Assembly (NCBI GenBank): GCA_900549225.1
Contig: URNP01000003.1
Coordinates: 17,264-81,263, forward strand
Direction: 5' to 3'
Length of the DNA: 64,000 nucleotides
From: an uncultured Eubacteriales bacterium
Lineage (GTDB): Bacteria; Bacillota; Clostridia; Christensenellales; CAG-917
The notes under the pieces are model-generated. The model was not told where the DNA came from. It was given only the letters and a program-made list of their open reading frames with translations, and ran no database searches. The position numbers and the translations under genes were made by a program. Shown piece by piece: positions 36,165 through 42,807 of the stretch (position 1 is the first letter of the stretch; each line of letters starts with the position of its first letter).

Positions 36165-37409
36165 TTAAATTTTCTTATACTCGTCGCAAGGAATGAAATA
36201 CTTGCGCTTCATCTTCACATTGAGAATTTCGCACATAACGAGCATCAAAACCGCAAATATCAGCAAATAGCCCCAATAAAGTCCTATTGAAACGTTTTGA
36301 GCAATTACGCCGAAAAGAGGCGGCATTGCAGTGATTCCGATATATGCAAACGCCATTTGTACTCCGATTATCGCTTGGGAATTCTCTTTGCCGAAATTGT
36401 ACGGCGTTGAGTGGATTATCGCAGGATAAATCGGCGCACAACCGAGCCCTATGACAATGAGTCCGACAAGCGACGGCGCGGCTTCTTTTACGGGAATCGC
36501 AAGAAGCAAAATTCCTACCAAAATGATTATCGTGCCAAGTCGTATGAGCGTTTTGTCCCCTGCTTTGTCGGCGAAAAAACCGCTTAGCGCACGCCCTGCC
36601 GTGATTCCGATATAGAAAAACGAGGCAAATTTTGCCGCTACGGTGGCATCGATGCCTTTGTATTCGACAAGATAACTCGTTGCCCAAAGTCCTGCGGTCT
36701 GTTCCATTGCACAATATGCGAAAAAGGCTATGAGAACGAGAAATATTCCTTTGATTCTAAACACGGAAAGCGTTGAAACTTTTGAGGTATCTTTTTGCTC
36801 GGAAAGTTGCGTTTCCGACAATCTATCGATATTTTTTTGCAAATACGAAGCCTTTTTGCCACTTCCTTTTCTCCATATGGGAAGCGTGAAAAACAAAAGT
36901 GCGGAGAGAGCAATCTGTATGTAGAAAACGATGCGGAAACCGCTTGGCCAACCAAGTCCGCCCGTAAGTGCAAAACTCATAATATACGGGCTTATCGACG
37001 CGCCTACGCCCCACATACAATGAAGCCAACTCAAATGTCTTGCGGGATAATTGAGCGCAACGTAATTGTTGAGCGCGGCGTCAACCGCGCCTGCTCCAAG
37101 TCCGTACGGAATGGCAAATACGCAAAGCATCCAAAAAGCCTTTGCAAAAGAAAATCCCAAAAGTCCGAGCGCAGTAAGCGTAACACTGATTGCCGTGACG
37201 AGTCCCGTGCCGAGTTTGTTGGTCAATGAATTTGAAAAGAAACTCGAAATTATCGTGCCGACGGAGATAATTATCGTAATTATGCCTGCCGACGACATAG
37301 ATACGCTCAAATCTGCGTGCATAATCGGCCACGCAGACCCTATGAGTGAATCCGGAAGCCCCAAACTAATGAATGAAAGATAGATGATTGCAAGAAGCAA
37401 TGAGTACAT
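36165..37409 (-). CDS. MFS transporter
   Basis: 414 aa with about 12 TM helices in 6+6 layout and a central polar loop. Confidence 0.85.
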   Translation of the reverse strand: MYSLLLAIIYLSFISLGLPDSLIGSAWPIMHADLSVSMSSAGIITIIISVGTIISSFFSNSLTNKLGTGLVTAISVTLTALGLLGFSFAKAFWMLCVFAIPYGLGAGAVDAALNNYVALNYPARHLSWLHCMWGVGASISPYIMSFALTGGLGWPSGFRIVFYIQIALSALLFFTLPIWRKGSGKKASYLQKNIDRLSETQLSEQKDTSKVSTLSVFRIKGIFLVLIAFFAYCAMEQTAGLWATSYLVEYKGIDATVAAKFASFFYIGITAGRALSGFFADKAGDKTLIRLGTIIILVGILLLAIPVKEAAPSLVGLIVIGLGCAPIYPAIIHSTPYNFGKENSQAIIGVQMAFAYIGITAMPPLFGVIAQNVSIGLYWGYLLIFAVLMLVMCEILNVKMKRKYFIPCDEYKKI

Positions 37410-37513
37410 TTGCGAGTATAGATACTATTTTTGTTAACACAAAGGAAACTTGCTTATAATTCATTTCCGTTTCAAAATTTGCGATGATTTGACGTGAATT
37501 TCGTTAAATTTCC

Positions 37514-38083
37514 CTACGGTCTGCGCATTGCGACATGGGTGATGCCTCTCCACTCTACGATTTCACACACCTCAAAGCCAAGTTTTTTGTAGATTGCAAC
37601 GTCGCTCGGATCTTGCGTTTCGAGGAATACCGGCATATCCTTGCATATCTCGTTGAGCATCTTTTTAAGTTTGCCTTGTCCTCTGCACTTTTCGATTACG
37701 CCGATATTTTTGATATAGCAGTCGGTTTGCGGATCGTAATACTTTTGCGCGACGGAATCTGCCATTTCGACGTATTGCTTTGCGATTTTTGCCTGTTTGA
37801 TACCGACGTTGAGGAAAAACGCCAAATCGAAAAAGGGATTTGCGAACGCTTTTTTGAGTTCGATTTCAGTGTCCGAGGGCGTTTTGATTGAGCATAAAGC
37901 AAGAAAATCGCCGTCCTTATAGGTGAAATTCTGCGCGCAAAAAACTTCCGCGCGGAAGAGATAATACATTCTTTTGAGGCGATTGCGCTTGCCGAACAAA
38001 ACATCGTAGGCTTCGTACTTTGAGAAAATGTCCGTGAAAACAGCAGACGCTTTTTTGATTTCTTTGCGAGTGATTTTTTCCAT
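37514..38083 (-). CDS. GNAT-family N-acetyltransferase
   Basis: 189 aa with acetyl-CoA motif A, IGVIEKCRGQGKLKKML. Confidence 0.72.
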   Translation of the reverse strand: MEKITRKEIKKASAVFTDIFSKYEAYDVLFGKRNRLKRMYYLFRAEVFCAQNFTYKDGDFLALCSIKTPSDTEIELKKAFANPFFDLAFFLNVGIKQAKIAKQYVEMADSVAQKYYDPQTDCYIKNIGVIEKCRGQGKLKKMLNEICKDMPVFLETQDPSDVAIYKKLGFEVCEIVEWRGITHVAMRRP

Positions 38084-38317
38084 ACGTACATTCTATCATC
38101 TTTTCGAGCACATTTCAACCGAAACGATACGCTCGTCTTGCGCTTTGCGCCCCTCTTTTTAGCGGAAAACGCAAGTTTTCATTGCAAAAGTACTTTCGTT
38201 TTTCTACATACGATAATTCTATCCCGTAACTGCGCTGTATACGGTATAGAATATTGACATTTTACGCATAGTTTGATAAAATTAAATCACCAAAATTAAA
38301 CGTCAAGGAGGCCCAAA

Positions 38318-39391
38318 ATGGCAAATTATTTCAGCGAACGCGACAAGAACACCACTGCAAGATTGCGCAATCTCAGAGATCAACTTCCCGAATTTTGCGA
38401 GGACTTTTTCGTGGGAATCGAACCGCAAACAACCACGCTCACAAGGCTAAATTACGCCTACGATTTGCGGATATTTTTCGACTATTTGCTCAAAAACGTG
38501 CGTGCTTTCCGCTCTTATAAGGACGTTTACGACTTCACCGTTTCCGACCTTGACAAAATCACGCTCGGAAATTTGGAGGCTTATATGGAATATCTCTCCT
38601 ACTACTCCTTCGACGGCAAGGAAAAAACCAACGGAGAAAAAGGCAAATCGCGCAAAATTTCAACCGTGCGCACCTTTTTCAAATATATGTACAATCACGA
38701 CAGAATCCAGCAAAACGTGTCGGCAAAGCTCACTATGCCCAAAAATCACGATAAGGATATTATTAGGCTTGAAAAAAAGGAAGTCGAGCGCATTTTGGAC
38801 GCTGCGGAAACGGGCGCAGGTATGAGCGAGCATCAGCGCAAAGTGCAACGCAACACGCACGCGCGCGATTTTGCCATAGTTTCGTTGCTTTTGGGCACGG
38901 GTATTCGTGTGAGCGAATGCGTGGGATTGAATCTTTCGGATATCGACTTTGAAACCAACGCCTTCACCGTCACCCGAAAAGGCGGAAATCAAGCGATACT
39001 CTATTTCGGCGACGAGGTTGCGGACGCTTTGAAAAACTATATCGATACCGAGCGCAAGGCACTCGTTGACAGATGCGAAAAACTAAACGTCGGAGATACG
39101 GACGCAGTGTTTTTGTCGTTGCAGGTGACGAGGCTTTCGGTGCGCGCGATTCAGAATATCGTCAAAAAATACGCTCAAACCGCCGCTCCGCTCAAAAAAA
39201 TATCTCCGCACAAACTGCGCAGTACATTCGGCACGAATCTGTATAGAGCCACCGGAGATATCTATCTCGTTGCCGACGTTCTTGGTCACCGCGACGTAAA
39301 CACCACCAAAAAGCACTACGCCGCAATCGAAGAAGATCACAGAAAACTCGCCGCTCAAGTGGTCAAACTCCGTCCCGACAAAAACGGCTGA
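38318..39391 (+). CDS. site-specific tyrosine recombinase (XerC/XerD family)
   Basis: 357 aa, AAGGAGG SD. Catalytic pattern GIRVSE (Arg), HKLRSTFGT (His-x-x-Arg) and LGHRDVNTTKKHY (His...Tyr). Confidence 0.9.
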   Translation: MANYFSERDKNTTARLRNLRDQLPEFCEDFFVGIEPQTTTLTRLNYAYDLRIFFDYLLKNVRAFRSYKDVYDFTVSDLDKITLGNLEAYMEYLSYYSFDGKEKTNGEKGKSRKISTVRTFFKYMYNHDRIQQNVSAKLTMPKNHDKDIIRLEKKEVERILDAAETGAGMSEHQRKVQRNTHARDFAIVSLLLGTGIRVSECVGLNLSDIDFETNAFTVTRKGGNQAILYFGDEVADALKNYIDTERKALVDRCEKLNVGDTDAVFLSLQVTRLSVRAIQNIVKKYAQTAAPLKKISPHKLRSTFGTNLYRATGDIYLVADVLGHRDVNTTKKHYAAIEEDHRKLAAQVVKLRPDKNG

Positions 39392-39447
39392 ACGGACAAA
39401 AATCGAGTTTTTCGACAACAATTTGCATAATTACTATTATATAATAT

Positions 39448-39476
39448 TGACTATTTTATAATAGTTTGCTAAAATT
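39448..39476 (+). promoter_or_regulatory. sigma-A type promoter candidate (TTGACT-17-TAAAAT)
   Basis: TTGACT at 39448-39453, 17 nt, TAAAAT at 39471-39476, 26 nt upstream of the 39502 ATG. Confidence 0.6.
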
Positions 39477-39501
39477 ATTATATCAATTTTCGGAGCGATT
39501 T

Positions 39502-41514
39502 ATGGATATCTCTTCAGTCAACAGCGACCTTATACGAGGCAACGTCACGACGATCATTCTCGGTTGTCTTTGGAACTCGGATAAGTACGGCTACGAAATC
39601 CTCAAAGAGATCGAGGACAAGAGCAATTCGCAGTACGTTTTGAAGCAAGCCACCTTGTACAATCAACTCAAACGTCTTGAGAAACAAGGGCTCGTTTCCT
39701 CCTACGACGGCGACCCCGACGATACGGGCGGTGGCAAACGTCGCTACTACACCCTCACCAAAGAAGGCAGAGCCTACCTCACAAAAGAAAAGAGCGAATA
39801 CGAATACTCGCGCACCATTCTCGACAAACTCGTGTCGAACGACGAGTTCGACTTCACTGTTCCCATTCCTTTTGACGCAAGCGAATTGCGCCCCTATTCA
39901 AAACGCGACGTCGAGGACAAACCCAAAGTGGTTTACAAAGACAAAATCGTCGAGAAGAAGGTGTTTTTTGACCGCTACGGCAACGAAGTGAGCGAAGAAG
40001 AAGCCTCTGCGCTAAAAGAACAAGCCGAACGCGAGGACGAAGATGCTCGTCTTAAAGACGAACAATTGCGACTCAAAGAAGAGGAAACTCAAAAGGTCAG
40101 CGAACAATTGCGTTTGTCCGAAGAAGAAGCACAAAAACGTGAGGAATTGCTCAAAAAATCCGAAGAGGACGCAAGAGCCAAGGAAGAGCAAATCAGACTT
40201 CATGAAGAAGAGGCAAGACAAAAGGACGAGCAACTCAGAAAGACCGAAGAGCAACTCAAGAAGTCCGAAGAGGATCTCGAACTCGTAAAATCTATGCTTC
40301 GCAGAATGGAGGAAGAAAAACTCCGCGCCGAAGAAGAAAAACGACTTGCCGAGGAAGAGGAAAAACGCCGTCAGGAAGAAGAAAAACGCCGTCAGGAAGA
40401 AGAAGCCGAACGCAAACGTCAACAACAGGCAAAACCCGCTCAGACTCTTGAGGAAATGTTTGCGAAACTCGACGCTGAAAGCGAATATAAAAAACAAGAA
40501 GAGACGCGCGTATATTCGTTCAACTCCTCTGCCACTCCGCAAGAACACACCTACATAAACGGCTACACCAATCAAGTCGAACAAAATCAACGCTCTCAAA
40601 CTTCGCTGAAAGATATTTTCAAACAACTCGACGAGCGCGAGGCGCAAATCGACGATAAACTTGCAAAAGAGCATCAGGAGCAACAAGAGCAAGAAGCGTT
40701 GCAACAAGCCGCGGCGGAACAGGCTCGTCAAGCCGAAATTCAAGCGCAACAAGCACAGCAAAAGCAAAACGAGCAACAGAGCATCGATCAGTTCTACCCC
40801 GCCGAACTCGAAAGCAAGAATCAAAATTATACCGCAAACAACGACAAAGGTCATTTCGTGACCTCTGCCGTCGTATCAAGGCAAGAAGGCGGTTTCGATT
40901 ACGAAAAAGACGACGTGAATTATCGCGACTTCTTCGTATCCTTGCAAGACAAAGGCGAACCCCAACCACAACAGGAAAAAGCACAACAAAACGACTATTC
41001 GGACAGCGATATAAAGACAAGATTGTACGCAAAGGGCTTCAAAATCCGTCCGTACGACAGAGGAAACACGTCGGAATACTACACTTTCAACTTCATTCAG
41101 TCAAACAGACTGAATCGCGACACTTTCCTCATCATTCTTGCGTTCTTCGCCGTCGAAGTCGCAATTATGTGGGCGTCGCTCGCAACAAAAATCAGTTATA
41201 CGTATTTCCTTCCCATACTGCTTGTGGGTAGCGCACTCTGCCTCGTGCCGACCGTCATCTATCTGACAAATCCGACCAAACGGTCAAGGGCAAACTTCAA
41301 TTTCAAACTGTCGATACTCAATCGCACGATGCTGTTTATCGAATTGACCGTTGTGTGCATTCTCATCGGTTTCTTCGGACTCGGCGCAAACGTCAACGAC
41401 GTCAATCTGATTTTGGAATCGATAGTGCTTCCGATGGTGCTCCTCACCAACCTCCCGTTGAGTTCGCTCATATATTGGTTGTTGTATAGAACAAGGAAGT
41501 ATCACACAGCATAG
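39502..41514 (+). CDS. membrane-anchored PadR-like winged-helix protein with a long E/K/Q-rich coiled coil and 4 C-terminal TM helices
   Basis: ORF 39466 (TTG) to 41514 with ATG 39502 preferred after GGAG. N-terminus ...IILGCLWNSDKYGYEILKEI...LYNQLKRLEKQGLV...RRYYTLTKEGRAYL is PadR-like. It is followed by about 350 aa of charged heptad-like repeats and four hydrophobic helices at the C-terminus. Confidence 0.8.
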   Translation: MDISSVNSDLIRGNVTTIILGCLWNSDKYGYEILKEIEDKSNSQYVLKQATLYNQLKRLEKQGLVSSYDGDPDDTGGGKRRYYTLTKEGRAYLTKEKSEYEYSRTILDKLVSNDEFDFTVPIPFDASELRPYSKRDVEDKPKVVYKDKIVEKKVFFDRYGNEVSEEEASALKEQAEREDEDARLKDEQLRLKEEETQKVSEQLRLSEEEAQKREELLKKSEEDARAKEEQIRLHEEEARQKDEQLRKTEEQLKKSEEDLELVKSMLRRMEEEKLRAEEEKRLAEEEEKRRQEEEKRRQEEEAERKRQQQAKPAQTLEEMFAKLDAESEYKKQEETRVYSFNSSATPQEHTYINGYTNQVEQNQRSQTSLKDIFKQLDEREAQIDDKLAKEHQEQQEQEALQQAAAEQARQAEIQAQQAQQKQNEQQSIDQFYPAELESKNQNYTANNDKGHFVTSAVVSRQEGGFDYEKDDVNYRDFFVSLQDKGEPQPQQEKAQQNDYSDSDIKTRLYAKGFKIRPYDRGNTSEYYTFNFIQSNRLNRDTFLIILAFFAVEVAIMWASLATKISYTYFLPILLVGSALCLVPTVIYLTNPTKRSRANFNFKLSILNRTMLFIELTVVCILIGFFGLGANVNDVNLILESIVLPMVLLTNLPLSSLIYWLLYRTRKYHTA

Positions 41515-41670
41515 CAAAAACCGTCGTCAAGGCAACGGCAACACGCAAGTTTGCGTATTGCCGTGAGCCTTGCTAGGTTTATTGCTCCACTCCGCGCAAC
41601 CGATACACGCTATCAGTTCGGGCAAGGACAAAAACTCAAACCACAATTCCGCTATATCGCTTGCTTGGGG

Positions 41671-41693
41671 ACGTGCCGTTCGGCACGTTTTTT
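41671..41693 (+). terminator. rho-independent terminator
   Basis: ACGTGCC-GTTC-GGCACGT followed by TTTTT. Confidence 0.85.
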
Positions 41694-41725
41694 ATGGAAA
41701 TAATTTGCATAATTGTCCAAAATCA

Positions 41726-41754
41726 TTGACTATACAGCAATGAATTGATATAAT
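41726..41754 (+). promoter_or_regulatory. sigma-A type promoter candidate for tRNA-Trp (TTGACT-17-TATAAT)
   Basis: TTGACT at 41726-41731, 17 nt, TATAAT at 41749-41754, 21 nt before the tRNA. Confidence 0.7.
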
Positions 41755-41775
41755 AATCAAGCATTAAATCTACTT

Positions 41776-41850
41776 AGGGGAGTGGCTCAATGGTAGAGCA
41801 ACGGTCTCCAAAACCGTCGGTTGCGTGTTCGAGTCGCGTCTCCCCTGCCA
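41776..41850 (+). tRNA. tRNA-Trp (anticodon CCA), CCA end encoded
   Basis: Acceptor AGGGGAG/CTCCCCT, anticodon loop CTCCAAA, T-loop TTCGAGT. Confidence 0.93.
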
Positions 41851-41908
41851 AGAAGAAGTCCTTTTAGGACTTCTTTTTTTGTCCTGTTTCCGCGAATCGA
41901 ACACGCAA
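41830..41908 (+). repeat. direct repeat copy 1: last 21 nt of tRNA-Trp plus terminator plus about 28 nt of flank
   Basis: CGAGTCGCGTCTCCCCTGCCAAGAAGAAGTCCTTTTAGGACTTCTTTTTTTGTCCTGTTT... recurs at 42015-42094. Confidence 0.9.
41853..41880 (+). terminator. rho-independent terminator of tRNA-Trp
   Basis: AGAAGTCCT-TTT-AGGACTTCT followed by a T-run. Confidence 0.85.
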
Positions 41909-42014
41909 CAAAATCGCGGCGGAACGATGTCCTTGCGCTTAGGTTGCATCTGACACTTCGCTTCGCAAATTTTCATTTGCTGTGCTTTGTTATTTTAGCC
42001 GCTTTGCGCTTTCA

Positions 42015-42094
42015 CGAGTCGCGTCTCCCCTGCCAAGAAGAAGTCCTTTTAGGACTTCTTTTTTTTGTCCTGTTTTAGCGAATTTACACGCAAC
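42015..42094 (+). repeat. direct repeat copy 2: orphan tRNA-Trp 3' end plus second terminator copy
   Basis: Near-identical to 41830-41908, with one extra T in the T-run and small differences in the distal flank. No upstream tRNA body. Confidence 0.9.
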
Positions 42095-42180
42095 GCAATT
42101 ATTGCTTTTTCGGGTGTGGGGCGAAGCCCCACCCGCAATTATTAATTATTCATTATTAATTATTAATTAAAACCATAGTC

Positions 42181-42209
42181 TTGCAAAGAATTTCAAAATT
42201 GTGTACAAT
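42181..42209 (+). promoter_or_regulatory. sigma-A type promoter candidate for rnhA (TTGCAA-17-TACAAT)
   Basis: TTGCAA at 42181-42186, 17 nt, TACAAT at 42204-42209. The rnhA ATG lies 7 nt downstream. Confidence 0.5.
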
Positions 42210-42215
42210 GAAATC

Positions 42216-42698
42216 ATGAAAAAACAAGTTGAAATCTACACTGACGGTGCGTGTTCCGGCAATCCGGGTATCGGAGGCTGGGGTTGCGTTATGCTCTACA
42301 AAAACCATAAAAAAGAGGCTAGCGGAGCAGAACAATCCACCACCAACAACCGTATGGAACTCACCGCCATCATACAAGGGCTCAAAATGCTCAAAGAACC
42401 GTGCATCGTCACCGTTTACAGCGACAGCGCGTATTCCGTCGAGCCGTTTCTCAAAGGCTGGATAAACGGCTGGATTATGAAAGGTTGGCGCACGTCGAGC
42501 AAAGACGAAGTGAAAAACGTCGATTTGTGGAAGGAACTTCTCTCTCTCATGCAAATCCACGAAGTGTCTTACGTTAAAGTCAAAGGTCACGCCGACAACG
42601 AACTCAACAACCGTTGCGACGCTCTTGCCCGCGGCGCAATAAAAGAACTTCAAAAAACTCTGCCTGCCACTCTTCCGCCCATTCCCGACGGAATTTAA
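42216..42698 (+). CDS. rnhA: ribonuclease HI
   Basis: ORF 42201 (GTG) to 42698 with ATG 42216 preferred (MKKQVEIYTDGACSGNPGIGGWG). DEDD pattern: TDGA, NNRMEL, SDSAY, GHADNELNNRCDALA. Confidence 0.9.
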   Translation: MKKQVEIYTDGACSGNPGIGGWGCVMLYKNHKKEASGAEQSTTNNRMELTAIIQGLKMLKEPCIVTVYSDSAYSVEPFLKGWINGWIMKGWRTSSKDEVKNVDLWKELLSLMQIHEVSYVKVKGHADNELNNRCDALARGAIKELQKTLPATLPPIPDGI

Positions 42699-42760
42699 GG
42701 ATATACTCATTCCGATTCGTTCTGTAAGAACAAAATTGTCCAACTCAAAAATAAATATAA

Positions 42761-42795
42761 AAAAACCGTTGCGCTAGGCAACGGTTTTAGTTTTT
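42761..42795. terminator. bidirectional rho-independent terminator between rnhA and ispH-rpsA
   Basis: AACCGTTGC-GCTAG-GCAACGGTT flanked by an A-run and a T-run. Confidence 0.85.
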
Positions 42796-42807
42796 ATCAA
42801 ACAAGGA

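Noticed and set aside
38318-42094. Tyrosine recombinase, PadR-like gene and duplicated tRNA-Trp 3' end considered as an intact integrative element
   Set aside because: The recombinase lies on the 5' side of the tRNA, whereas tRNA-integrating islands sit 3' of it. The two direct repeats are only 185 bp apart and enclose no genes. At most this is a scar, and it is reported as such.
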